A stretch of DNA of 64,000 bases. It comes from Octopus sinensis (Eukaryota). Under the pieces are notes generated by a model, which worked only from the letters and a program-made list of their open reading frames with translations, made no database searches and was not told the DNA's origin. The stretch is taken from positions 43,896,001 to 43,960,000 of the forward strand of contig NC_043008.1 in assembly GCF_006345805.1 (NCBI RefSeq), in the 5' to 3' direction. Each line of letters starts with the position of its first letter. Within the stretch, counting starts at the first letter, position 1. Of the stretch, positions 25,761 to 38,866 are shown in pieces. Both the position numbers and the translations under genes were made by a program.

Positions 25761-26044
25761 ATGTTCTCTTTTTCTCTTGTTAATTTATAGTTAATGTTGA
25801 CTGGTTGTACGACTTTGAAGGATAACATATTGTTTTTCTTATAATCCATTAGCTCTTAAGAAGTCCCTGCAGATTTATATTGTCCTAGATATCGTCATCA
25901 TTTGTAGTGTATGAATTAAAGAGTTGCATGGTTTTCTTTCTCAAGAACACAATTTCTACCTTACATTGCCCTTGTGTTAGTACAAATCCTGTAGCTACAA
26001 TAATAAATAGTTATTAAACTCAAAACGTATCTAGGATTTTTGAT

Positions 26045-26285
26045 ATGCAAAGCCCATTACCAACGGTCCACAGCCGTATCCTTTCACCCGTAGTTTTCGG
26101 ACCACATTGGTATGAGAACCCAGGTTCTAAATTTCCCCAAGATACCTGATGAAGGCTGAAGGGTATATCAGCCGAAACATTGTGTTAAGAACAAACAAGA
26201 TGTGGACAAATATCCGTCAAATGTAAAAAATATAAATAATGAAAATAATGTACATATTTCCTTATCTCTTAAATATAAAACTGTA
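26045..26285 (+). mobile_element. Penelope-like pLTR-type repeat (family P2) with a minimal hammerhead motif
   Basis: GATAC-CTGATGA-A-GGCTGA..TCAGCC-GAAAC-ATT-GTGTT, followed by an AT-rich tail. Confidence 0.65.
26141..26186 (+). ncRNA. Minimal type I hammerhead ribozyme motif with a stem III mismatch
   Basis: Core CUGAUGA at 26146-52, 6-bp stem II GGCUGA/UCAGCC, GAAA at 26174-77, stem I GAUAC/GUGUU; position 16.2 is A rather than G. Confidence 0.6.
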
Positions 26286-27488
26286 TTACATGCAATTAAC
26301 AGAAAATAAAATACTTTTGTGGTGGGTGCATAATGTATAATGTGCCTTTGAAGCAAACACCCGCAATGTAGAAGTGTATTCAGGAAAAGTCTTGGATTTT
26401 GTTTTTGAGAGGAACAGCTGATGAAAGTTTCGAAAAATTATCTCAGGGAAAATTGTTTCCTAACGCAAGAAATAACATTGTGTCTCAAAGAAGAGATGAA
26501 AGCTATTTGGAATCATTCTCTATGATCTGTTTCAATGGTAAATTCTTCTTGAGCCTGTATCACTTCAAATGTAAACTTCAAACGCTGCATGTTTAATGAT
26601 TTTTATTTGGAAAAGAAACCTGGTTCTGCTAAAAGGTTTCTTCGCGTAAATTGGTTCAACATTCTTAATTCAAAACGTCAATGACCGTTCGGTGATTGGT
26701 AACCAGCAGGAAAAGGTTTCGATTCCCATTGTATATCTCTCTACCCTGAAGTTAGAATTAATTTCCAATCGTTGATGTTGCTAATCTTCTGGCTTTAACT
26801 TTCAGTGCGAGTAGTCATTCCTTCCTTGACCATCACGTATTTATAAGGGTTATATCTAGCACTACATTATCCAATATATTATTTCCTGTCTCCAGACCGT
26901 ACAATATGATTTGAGACCCGGTTGCCTGCTATTTTTACATGGCTATGTGACCACTTAAGCGCCACTACTTTGATTCATTCAAATCAAGTCTCAGTTTTAT
27001 TGTTTCTCAAATTTTAAAACTAAAACCGTTTTCTACGAGACATTATAACATCTTATATAACAACTTTGTTTTGTAACTTCGTCCCTTTTACGCTTAATAA
27101 AAACACAAACCACCATTAGACTATAATTCCTCTATGGTTATCTGAGATTCCGAGAAAGTTGGCGCTGGTATCATATTTTCGAAAGAATCACATTTAATAT
27201 TTAGTAAAAAAATATTTTAGTGTTTCCATTATTTCTATGAATAATAATATCACGTTGCTGTTTAACGGCTTCTTTCTAACTCAAAGAACGCTGTCTTATA
27301 CATGGTTGTTTAAAACCAAGAAACACCAGCAAAATCGCTTTCAAATCATACAATACAATCTTAAAAACGAAAGGCGGCATTAAATAATATTGCTTAGGGC
27401 TGGAATACCTTGTATCAAATAGTAGATAACCTATTCTTAAATGACAACTAAAACAACAACAAAGGTAGTGTGAAACAACAAAGACCAA

Positions 27489-27874
27489 TCTCTCTCTATA
27501 TATAAAGCTGAAGTTGTCTGTGTATGGCAGATTTGGTAATCTTCAGATAACACTATCTCCTGCGGCGCAAGTTGACCGAAATTGAGAGTATGATAGACGA
27601 AGGGTTGCTCTTCATTCCGTAGAAGAAATAAAAATTTAAATCGAACCATGTTAAGGCCAAAAATTATTTACATTAAAAAGGTGCTTTTTATCTATGAAAA
27701 TCCCTATTTTTTACGATTTTGTGACTGCTGTGTTGTCATTTTTCGGTGTATTTCAACCAGAAAAATGTTCACTTAAATAGAATAACAAGCTACATAATAC
27801 AGAATTTTTACTTTTTAAAAATTCCAATTCTAAAAGGTCGAAAGAAACCCGAGCAACGCCGGGCGATACTGCTA
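27489..27874 (+). mobile_element. Non-autonomous Helitron-like element, about 385 bp
   Basis: A|TC...TATATATAAAGCTGAAGTTGTCTG start; end AAACCCGAGCAACGCCGGGCGATACTG-CTAG|T. Confidence 0.82.
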
Positions 27875-28059
27875 GTTTTAATTAAAACTCGTTCAAAATT
27901 ATTTCATGAAAAAATTAAATTTCGAAACTATATGTGTTTAGAAGTATGTTGTAATTCCTATTTGGATTCCTGCATTGTAGGCATAACTGTGCATTTAATA
28001 AGGTCGCTTTGCAATACTCTTCTCCTGGATGCGAGCTTCTTGTGGTAGGAGTCTTTGGT

Positions 28060-28405
28060 GTAACTTAGCTTAATCAATGTCTTGTGAGGGACGTTTGGTA
28101 GATGCAAGCTGAGTGGAATTCCGTCGTATACAAACGCACACATATTTATACATACAATTATGAGTGTTTATATGTGTGAGTGTGTGTGTGTGTGCGTGTA
28201 TGTGTGTGTGTGTATGTGTGTGTGTGTGTTTGTGAAAATAGGTGTTGTATCTATTCCTTCTCGAAAACTGTAGTGAAGCGCTTCGATGAATAGAGAACGA
28301 TAACATGTTTGCCAAATAAATTTGTGTACAGATATCGACATTAACATCTACAACTTCTAGAGGTGGTGCTCCGGCATGGCCACAAGGCAATGACTAAAAC
28401 TAGCA
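28060..28405 (+). mobile_element. Highly degenerate SINE family B
   Basis: TTTGGTAGATG...CCGTCGTATA, internal TG repeat and GGTGGTGCTCCGGCATGGCCAC in family-B order. Confidence 0.55.
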
Positions 28406-29339
28406 ATCATAGAATATTCTTAGAGCACTGGGGCAATTCTTCACTATTTCTAGATCCATAGATTTCGAAACAATGATGAGAAAGGAAAAAAATTCTCAAT
28501 TACTAGAATTTAAAATCTTCAGAAACATGCATACATACATAAAGCTGTATTTAACGATGGAGAGTGTGATATCAATCAATCTCTGTTATAGAATATACAC
28601 AACATAGTACCTATTCGTTCAAGCCTGATGCTCTGTATGGATGTGTAATCGGGATTCTAAGACCAAAAAAAAAAGCAATGAGTGAAGGAATGTTTCTGGG
28701 TATCTCCAAGACTGAGCATCAAATCAACGTGGAAATGTGAACAGGAAGAGAATTTTGGAAACGGTCAGGAAGAGGGAGCTGCGGTATTCGCAAGGAACCT
28801 CAGTACACACATCCCAGAGAGACGTACTTAACTGTCACTTATTTTATCTATCGCGAAAGGATGAAAATTAATTCATAATCAAAACATTTTCCTGTATTTT
28901 CTTTTCACAAAAGCCAGGAATATTTCAGCACGGCCTCGTATATACTAACAGTCAAATGTTGGTTTAACTGAGAGACGAAATAGCTAAACCCTCCTCATAT
29001 CAATTTCCAGTGTGTTAAAGTAAATATACACTGGATGTGAATTAAAAGATGTCCTATACTAGGATGTCTTGGAACATAAATCTGCACGATCAGAACTCAT
29101 TGAAGTTGAACACTAGCAATCAAATTTTGAGGTTTATCTAATCGTCAACATCTGCTCCAGTGCTGCCACCTTGTGATATTCTATACACAGATACATATAT
29201 ACATACGTACATACACACACACGCACATATATATATGTGTGTGTGAGTGTATAAATACTACACACTAGCATATACATACACACAAACTCGGACACATGTT
29301 TGTGTGTACATATTTGTATACATGTATGATGGGGGGGGG

Positions 29340-29520
29340 GGTTGTTTGTGTGTGTCCCTTTATGCCGTTTGGACAAACGGGGTTGGTTAGTTTACGTCCC
29401 CTTAACTTTACAGAATACGTACCAGGTTGTAGGTAAATAACGCTAGGATTGATTCGTTCGACTAAAACCCTTCAAGGACTTGACCCAGCATGACCGCAGT
29501 GCAATGACAAACAAATTACA
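29340..29520 (+). mobile_element. Degenerate SINE family B, 3' half
   Basis: GTTTACGTCCCC-TAACTTT...GATTCGTTCGACTAAAA...CCCAGCATGACCGCAGT. Confidence 0.6.
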
Positions 29521-29689
29521 AGAAAGATATGAAAAAAAAGACATACATAGATAGACAGCTAGATTAACGCAGATAAATGTCTCCCAAAGCACACACACAC
29601 ACATACACATACACGCACATACATACACACACAAACATGCACAAACACAGACCATATACATAGTTTCATAAGATATATATATATATAAT

Positions 29690-29771
29690 AATAATAATGA
29701 TAATAATAATAATAAATAATAATAATAATAATAATAATATGATAATAATATAATATAATAATAATATAATG

Positions 29772-29849
<78 letters not shown>

Positions 29850-29877
29850 TAATAATAATAATGTTAATAATAATAAC

Positions 29878-29913
<36 letters not shown>

Positions 29914-30095
29914 TAATAATAATAATAATGATAACAATAATATAATAATAATAATAATAATAATAACAACAACAATAATAATAATAATAAAATAATAATA
30001 TAATAATAAAATAATAATATAATAATAATAATAATAATATAATAATAATAATAATAATATAATAATAATAATAATAATGATAATAATGATAATAT
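29690..30095. repeat. (TAA)n microsatellite, about 400 bp, imperfect
   Basis: Visible tandem repeat. Confidence 0.97.
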
Positions 30096-30489
30096 TAATC
30101 TGTGCCAAAAATTTCCGAATGGATTGGAATGGAAAATTTTGCAAGATATAAAACAAACATAGATATAATTAAATACACAGAGGTGAGAATAGCATTAGAT
30201 TGTTCTGTCAGTTTGAAATGATGAAAATAATATTCTATAACACAAAGTAGAAAGAATAATAGAATAAGTAGAATTGTATAATTGAATTCCAGAATATTTT
30301 GTTATGTATATATATTTGCTTAGTTATTTATTAATTCGTATTTCTATTCCGCTTATTCCCAAGTTAATCGCTACTCAGCCATTTGGTCAAGATCAAAGAC
30401 TACAGTCATCCATAGTTCGCCAATGCGTTTGTCTCAGGTGTACGCAATATGTAATTATATGTAATTTTAGCTCTCTGCAATGCCTTCAT

Positions 30490-30491
30490 AC

Positions 30492-30533
<42 letters not shown>

Positions 30534-30577
30534 TAATAATAATAATAATATAATAATATAATAATAATATAATAATA

Positions 30578-30614
<37 letters not shown>

Positions 30615-30633
30615 TAATAATATAATAATAATA

Positions 30634-30670
<37 letters not shown>

Positions 30671-30768
30671 TAATAACAACAACTACGGCAACTGGAAATT
30701 AATAGACAATAAAATTGTTTATCTTAGCAACCAGAAAAGCAGCCATTTTATTATTATTATTATTATTA

Positions 30769-30838
<70 letters not shown>

Positions 30839-30865
30839 GTTGTTATTATCGTTATTATTATTATA
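30490..30865. repeat. (AAT)n array (30490-30675) and oppositely oriented (TTA)n array (30748-30865)
   Basis: Visible tandem repeats separated by an approximately 75-bp spacer. Confidence 0.95.
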
Positions 30866-31054
30866 TGGAAAAGAATGTCGATGCGAATAATTACACGGCT
30901 GGTCTTCCATATTTATATCTAGATATTTTATCAATGTCTTTCATATATATAGAGTCACTGTTGTAGTCGTCGTCGTGGTGTTGTGTAACCCTTGGCCAAA
31001 GCAGATCAAGTAGACAGAATTATGATCACAGTCGATCACCTAATGAACAACATT

Positions 31055-31260
31055 TTCATTTTTACTTGTATCAGCCACTTGTCTGCGGCTGTGCTGGAGC
31101 AACGATTTGAAAGAGTTTCATTTGAAGAAATTAGCCCCAGTTTCTTAACCCTTCTACCGTCTCGTTTTCTATTTTCTGTTTTTTTTTTGCTGAGATATTA
31201 AGCTACGGGAACATAAACAAACCAACTCCAGCTGTCAAGCACTGTGAGTACAAGCCTAAG
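31055..31260 (-). mobile_element. Degenerate SINE family B, 3' half
   Basis: TTTTACTTGT..CAG..CTGCGGCTGTGCTGGAGCA...GCTAAG..ACGGGAACATAAACA matches the reverse tail. Confidence 0.6.
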
Positions 31261-31411
31261 TACACACACACACACACATACACACACACAAGCTTCTTAA
31301 CGCCGCGGCCAAAACTTTATCTGTTCATATTCTGAACAACATTCACTTGTTTCATCACTAAAGTAAGCTTTGATGGTGATTTGCTTCTACTTCAAGCAAT
31401 TTCTTTTTCAC

Positions 31412-31767
31412 GGCATTCCGTCGGTTACAACGAGGAGGGTTGCGGTTGAACCGATGAGCGGAACAGCTTGCTCGTGAAATTAACGTGCAAGTGGCTGCGT
31501 ATTCCACAGACTCGTGTAGCAATAACGTAGTTCTTGGGGAGATTCAGCATGACACAGAGTGTGACAAGGCTGGAACTTTGAAAATACAGGTACAACAGAA
31601 AGAAAGAGTGAGAGATAAGGTTGTGGTGAAAGAATACAGCAGGGTTAGCCACCACCCCTTGCCGGAGCCTCTGGGAGCTTTAGGTGTTTTCGCTCAATAG
31701 ACATTCATAACGACCGGTCTGGGAATCGAAACCGCGATCCTACGACCGCGAGTCCACTACCCTAATG
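31412..31767 (-). mobile_element. SINE family C, tail type Y
   Basis: Reverse complement is collinear with 46274-46665. Confidence 0.88.
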
Positions 31768-31800
31768 TCTGGTCCATTGCACCCCGACATTTGCTGCTGA

Positions 31801-31922
31801 TTTCTTCTTCTTCTTCTTCTTCTTCTTCTTCTTCTTCTTCTTCTTCTTCTTCTTCTTCTTCTTCTTCTTCTTCTTCTTCTTCTTCTTCTTCTTCTTCTTC
31901 TTCTTCTTCTTCTTCTTCTTCT
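31801..31922. repeat. Pure (CTT)n microsatellite
   Basis: Uninterrupted run; source of the poly-R and poly-K ORFs. Confidence 0.99.
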
Positions 31923-32369
31923 CTCCAATCAGGACTCCCGCCATTAGCTACAAAGAATAATCTCTAATTCGAGCCTACTCTAAGCTGCTTAGAATGCGTG
32001 TGGCAACTTGGAGATCCACCCACCACACGCGATAGACTGGCGGTTGCACGGGTGCGAAAGCTACGTCGTTATCCTCATTCCGTAAGCGGTGGCTTTTAAC
32101 GGGTGGAGTTATTTGTACACACATCACAAATGTTAACGAATTTATGGATAGAAACACAATCACATATGAAGGCGCTCAGACACTCTTTTGCTCACTGCAT
32201 AAATTACATGTTGTTTCCTATCACACGAGTAAGACGGTCAAATAAAATAATTTGAATACTGAAAGACAACGTGGAATATTATTTCTTTATTAATCAAAGC
32301 TGAGTCTAGGGCAGTCGCTTGAAAATCGGAAACGCACAACAATTTTGAATGGTCAATGTTTACAGACAC

Positions 32370-32473
<104 letters not shown>

Positions 32474-32621
32474 ATATATATATCTATATATATATATAAG
32501 TGTGTGTGTGTGTACATATATATATATATGTGTATATATACATATATATATGTGTATATATATGTATATATATTCATACTTATACAGACATATACATATA
32601 CACATGTACATACATATACAT

Positions 32622-32832
32622 ATAGTTAATCCAAACAAGAAAACACAGAAAAAAACACAGCAACGCGAGGACGTGGAACAATTAAAGTATTATTTGACGC
32701 TCAGGAAAGAAGGGAAGGAGGGTCTAACGTTTCGAGCGGAGCTCTTCGTCGGAAACAAGGAAAAGGAAAGATCCCGAGATGGGAAGACAGAGGGAAAAAA
32801 TATTTTTGCTGGTGTTGCTCAAGAGATCACAT
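32622..32832 (-). mobile_element. Penelope-like family P1 copy
   Basis: Reverse complement is collinear with 10931 and 53611. Confidence 0.78.
32722..32756 (-). ncRNA. Minimal hammerhead ribozyme motif with a CCGACGA core variant
   Basis: Minus strand GUUU-CCGACGA-A-GAGC-UCC-GCUC-GAA-AC-GU-U-AGAC; stems I and II pair, and stem III is the loopless palindrome ACGU. Confidence 0.55.
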
Positions 32833-34549
32833 GTTGATCTCTTATTACATTACATATACATATACACATATATACACATACATACATCGATACATACATA
32901 AATACATACACACAAATGCACACAGACGCACACGCTCACACACAAATCAAATTTGGAATAGTTTGTGATGATGTTGTTTGTATTGTTTTTACTAATGTTA
33001 AAATGGACGCATAAATTAGGATCTTCAAGAAAGACGATGTTTGTGTCTGTTTCTTGCTTCCAAGAGGCTTTGTTTTCTTTTGTTTTGTCTTCATTTATAT
33101 TCCTAATTTTGACAGAAATAATTATTTCTGGAAATTTTCCAGATGACATTGCTGAGTAATATTTTGTAATAATTTTTGCTGTTTAAGTTGTGCAGATGAA
33201 ATAGTTCCCAAGACACATGGAAATTTTTGTCCGAATTCCTAAGAGGAGGAATCTTTATTTATATATTCGGTTATATTTGGTCACTGGTCCAAATATATCG
33301 TCGACATATTACAAACTAGAATGCTTTCTCATGTTCTCCTGTAAGTTATCCAATGACTTTTAAGTTACACAACAACAGAGTAGGGTGAGTTACAGTAATG
33401 AACTCAATGCAAGACACACACACACAGATACACACACATGCATGAACGCGCACACACATACGTACATAAAATATACTGGCGTTAAAAATAAATAAAGTTT
33501 AATTCGTGAACTACATTGGCTCACATGTGTTTCCGCAATAAGATGCGGCGAACACAGGGTTGTGTGCCTTATTATCACTTTATAGCTTCATATGCGCTTC
33601 AGTCGTGAAGTGCCTCAATGGAAATGCTTTCGCAAGTGAATTGCATTTTATATTTGAAGGCCCGATGGAGCTATGATTTAATACTCATGTACTCAAATAT
33701 AGGCTCACAGCATCGTATTGCAGAAAGACCTGTGGGCCAATGAATTTCATTACATAATTGTTTATTCCTTTACCACCGTAATTTCTTACTACCTGTCTAT
33801 ACTCGACCAACGTTTGGTCCCTGGGTACATCTATATTGATTCTACATTAAGTCTTTAGTATCGCAATGTCTAAGTGATATATATATATATAAGTGAATAA
33901 ATAGCTTCGACATACGTTTCGAATAAAACATATGTTGGAATAAAACCAATGTTGTCTTCGAAACATATGTCAAATGTAAAAGAATTTGAATAGCATCTGC
34001 GTTCGACTCTGTTTATTTACTTATATTTATAGAAGGGACCAATATCATCGTTAAAGATGCGAAATTGCGTTTGACCCTCACGCTGAAAACTGATGGGGAG
34101 TTGGGTGTCTTCTGTGTCTATTTTCCGTTTGTTTGTGCTTTTATTATATGGTTTCTCTTACCTTCGGTCCTTCTATGCATTCGAGCCACTTGTTGCAAAA
34201 ATACTCTCAATTGACGAGACGGTCACAAATGGAATGTCTTTGATCATATGTCTGCTTCACGTGAATTAAACATGCTTGGTGGGGTTAAAACATCAACGAC
34301 AACAATATTCACCATATATAGCAATTTATTTCTTATATATTATCTATAGAAAAGTTACCTATCTTTAAAAGTTGGTAAGATGTTTGACATTCCCTCCTCT
34401 CCCCACCCCATTCAAACTGACTTAGTAATTACTTCACCTTATGTTTAAATTCCCACACCATAATTCTTTCAGAAACCGATTATTATTTACTTCTATTTTC
34501 TCATCATAAATATTACTTTGCGTACAAAAATTGTAATTTCCTTTACTCC

Positions 34550-34612
<63 letters not shown>

Positions 34613-34613
34613 G

Positions 34614-34644
<31 letters not shown>

Positions 34645-35339
34645 AGTGATGCTGATGATGTATTTCCACTCCAAATACTTTTATGCTCTACTTTTACAAT
34701 AGATATATTGAAATATGAAATTGCATCTGTAAAGTTCGTGGAAATAAATTTGTAAATACGAAACTGGCGTTTAGGGAATTTATTAACTATTGAAATAAAA
34801 TATTATTGCATATTTGCATTAATGCAAGTGCTTTGCGTAGCCATGTGTTTAAGATGTTTAGTTTGCAGCTAATGGTTTTCACGTTCGATCCTATCTCGCG
34901 TATATTACATTCACCCTTACCGTAACAGATGCGTATGTAGATAAATAGATACTGAATGAAGTATGTATGGGTGTCTGTATTTGTGATTATGTTTAACGGT
35001 TTAAACCGGTGCATGATATGAAGTCGTTTATGTGCGAAAAGGAAAAAAAAAAGAAAAAGTAAAACGTAATTAATGATTAGTAAAAAGTGATCGTTTATAT
35101 GTAGCAGACCAAATTAAATACGGGAATCCTCGATACGATCTCTTGAGTAATCTTACAAAGTGGGGTCCAAATTGAACGCATTTCAATCATTAAAGCCGAA
35201 GGAAGAATAATCATAAAAATGAATATATATGCAGATAAATTTTTGTGGGTGTATATATATATGTATATATATATATATATATATACACACATGCATGTAT
35301 GTATGTATGTATATCAAACAATTCGACAATTCCCCACCC

Positions 35340-35690
35340 CATCCCCACAGCTGCACGCACATCATTATGTTTCACAGTTCTGCTGGTTTGGGGTCTTCCA
35401 GAACATTCGCCAATATCGACATTTTTCGGCCATTTTGGAAATGTCTGAACCACTCGTGTGCAGATCATACACTCCTATCCATACACTTTCTGCAACTTTG
35501 CCTAGGCCTCTGAGCAGCTATCTGCATCATAAATTTTTCTGTCATTATCAATGCAACGATCACACGCAACACACCTTCCTCCCGAACACTGTTGTAAACA
35601 GCGAAGTGAGCTAGAACGTTAAAACATGGTGAACATGCACAGCAGAGTTCAAGATCAATCTTTGCCAAGCGGCTTTACTCTCCGTGCTTC
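35340..35690 (-). pseudogene. Mariner 5' fragment with the N-terminal HTH of the transposase
   Basis: CSEA*AKLQKVYG*ECMICTRV / YEWFRHFQNGR / ECSGRPQTSRT. Confidence 0.8.
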
Positions 35691-35738
35691 AGCTTCTTTA
35701 CTATGACAACAGTCCGGATACTTATTGATCGGACATCG

Positions 35739-35805
<67 letters not shown>

Positions 35806-35806
35806 C

Positions 35807-36030
35807 GCTGCCAGAAACGTTAGCACGCCCGGCGAAATGCGTGGCCGTATTTCGTCTGCCGTTATGTTCTGGGTTCAAATTCCGCCGAGGTCGACTTTCC
35901 CTTCCATCCTTTCGGGGTCGATAAATTAAGTACCAGTTACGCATTGGGGTCGATGTGATCGACTTAATCCGTTTGTCTGTCCTTGTTTGTACCCTCTATG
36001 TTTAGCCCCTTGTGGGTAGTAAAGAAATAT
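35807..36030 (+). mobile_element. SINE family A
   Basis: Collinear with 41-279. Confidence 0.92.
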
Positions 36031-36103
36031 ATATATCAATGTATATATATATAATATATATATATATATTTAATATACATATACGTACATACCTACACAT
36101 ACA

Positions 36104-36147
<44 letters not shown>

Positions 36148-36929
36148 ATAATTTTCTATATATACATATATAAATTAGGATGATAATAAAGATGTTTTTG
36201 TCTGTTCCCTACGTGTGAGTTGCTTTGTTTTTCTCTTTGTTTTACTGTTTACTTGTCTTTCTAATTATGGTAGAAATAATCATTCCTGGAATTATTCCAG
36301 ATGACACTACTGAGTTATGTTTTCTAATAATTCCTGTTATTTAACTTGTGCAGATGAAATTGCTCCCAAGACACTTCGACATGTTATAACTTGAATATTT
36401 TCTTCTCGAACGAGTTCCATTACGTTTAATCTATATGGTATACAATTGACAAAGTTGAATTTAATGTACTGTAATATAACGAAAGTTATTTGGCAGAAAT
36501 GAATTGATAAATAGGCAGGATGATTGATAAATAGACATATAGACATATAGATAAACAGAGACATAGATAGAGAGGCAGTGTGATAGACAGACAGATATAT
36601 AGATAAATAGACAGATAGATAGATATGGAGTAAGGGAGATAGAGTGAGGGGTAGAGTAAGAAACAAGGCGTTTCTGAGAGAGAGTGGAACGAAGAAGTAG
36701 ATAGATTGAGAACGTAAGGACAATCCATTAGTGAGCTCTTCGGATTGATGTCAATGAAGAAGATTCTATCATTGTTGAATCCCGTAGTAATAGCAGCTAA
36801 ATCTCTCTCAACTCATTCATTACTCTCACGTAATACAAGAAACCAGTTTTATGGGTCACAGGCTCAAGAAGAATCTTAGCTACGTTTTGATATATATATA
36901 TATAATATATATATGTATATTAGTTTTAT

Positions 36930-37189
36930 TGTATTATTTTTGTATTTATACTCGTGTAACATCGTCCTTTTTCCGTCCTTGTTTCGTTTACATTCGAAGC
37001 TTTTGTCCGAGGAATCTAATGCTCTTAGCTTAGTTTTTTATTGAGGCTGGCCAGATTGGAGCAATCTCAAGTTTAATCAGCCGAAATTGCGAGGATGATC
37101 AGGTTCTTGACTGAAGATTAAAGGCTTCGAATGACCCGTCCGTGTTTTTTGTATCGTCTATCTAGATGTTTTACGTTCTTGTCCCCTTT

Positions 37190-37190
<1 letters not shown>
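36930..37190 (+). mobile_element. TA-flanked dispersed repeat (family P3)
   Basis: Homologous to 54690-54950 (GGAATCTAATGCTCTTAG, CAGCCGAAATTGC, ATGACCC...GTTCTTGTCCC); class not established, possibly Penelope-derived. Confidence 0.65.
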
Positions 37191-37257
<67 letters not shown>

Positions 37258-37291
37258 AATACTATACATATATATATACATACATATATAA

Positions 37292-37743
37292 TTTTTCACG
37301 GACTCTGCAGTTACTTTGTTGCCGAAAAGTTATGTGACGATCCTCCACAATGGCGGATTCCACTTTATGGATAGTGTCATCATCAATGGTGGAAAGTGGT
37401 GGTCCAGTTTCCACCGATATCCACCACATCTGAACTGGCGATGCCATTGCTTGACTACGTCGTATGATGGTGCATCGTCACCATAAACTTCTTTCATCTC
37501 ATCGAAAGTCTCTTTTGGTGTACGACCTTTCAAGTATTAGAACCTGATCACTGATCTGCATTCAACTGCCTCTATTATAAACACTTTCGTCCACTTCAGC
37601 AGCCGTAAAAGACAAACAAATACTAGTGGAAAGCTGCTATTTAAAATGTGACATGTAGAGACATGTATGATTACACCTGTACAAGTTCCGCTTCCTACAA
37701 TAACCGAAAATGGGTCAGGGGAAACCTTTGATGACCCCCCCCC
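37292..37743 (-). pseudogene. Mariner 5' fragment
   Basis: VECRSVIRF*YLKGRTPKETFDEMKEVYGDDAPSYDVVKQWHRQFRCG...IDDDTIHKVESAIVEDRH; TIR-like GGGGGGGTCATCAAAGGTTTCC end. Confidence 0.88.
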
Positions 37744-37918
37744 AGTGTGTTTGTGTGTATACACACACACACTTAAACATGCATACACACACACACGCAC
37801 ACATACACAGGTATATGCTTCTTTCAGTCTTTGATAAGAATTTCTCCACAAGAAAAATGAATAGAAAAGATTCTCTCCCATTTCTCAGTAATTTCACAAC
37901 GTATATATGCATACATAC

Positions 37919-37961
<43 letters not shown>

Positions 37962-38647
37962 CAAACACAAAAATACACACACAAACACAAACACAAACAC
38001 ACACACACACACAGACACAAACACATATACATATTACTTTCGTTTTCCCAGTAATTCCCTTCGCTTTTTTGTACTTATTTTAAAAGTTACAAGACAACGG
38101 GGACATTTCTACGTGGCTGCCACATTTGATAGCAATCTTATCAAATGAAACGTTGCATTCGATAATGCACTTGTGGAAATATTAGGTCAAAATGAAGAAT
38201 GGTTATTGATTGGAGGTGATTTATATCTCATATTTATATGCCGTACTCCTAGGTATATTGTTTGTAAATAATAGCTGGGAAAGAAAGAACTCGATAAACC
38301 TCTAACCATAGCGCTGTTCCATTAAGATTCTTCTGAGACTAAAGAAAAGCACAAAACCCCTATATCCAGAATGGAAGTCTATAATTGGTTTCAGTTATTA
38401 CCCAGTAGTATGGTTCAGTGAGACTTGGTCAAAGATAAAGGAAAACAAAACAAAAAATTTAAAATGGAATAGAAACTCTGATATCGAAATTGGGGACATT
38501 GACACCATCCAGGCACGTGACCTGATGACCATATTTCTTCTCGACAAACCACACTCGCAAAATGACCATCAGTCACTAGAGAGCTCTACGGGGATGATGG
38601 TATTTTGATGAATAAACGATAGGGCCTCTAATAGATTTAGAAATCAA

Positions 38648-38866
38648 CCTATTTCTTTACTACCCACTAGGGGCTAAACACAGAAGGGACAAACAAGGAT
38701 TAAGTCGATTATATCGACCCTAGTACGTAACGGGTACTTAAGTTATCGACCCCGAAAGGATGAAAGGCAAAGTCGACCTCGGCGGAATTTGAACTTAGAA
38801 CGTAACGGCAGAGGAAATACCGCTAAGAATTTGGCCCGGTGTGCTAACGATTCTGCCAGCTCGCCT
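38648..38866 (-). mobile_element. SINE family A, full length
   Basis: Reverse complement is collinear with 41-279. Confidence 0.92.

Noticed and set aside
26417-26445. CTGATGA...GAAA as another hammerhead
   Set aside because: No closing stem II pair and no stem I complementarity; chance match
33908-33975. 15-bp inverted repeat (GACATACGTTTCGAA/TTCGAAACATATGTC); similar short stems at about 38.5 and 45.1 kb
   Set aside because: Short stems in AT-rich repeat-laden DNA with no further support
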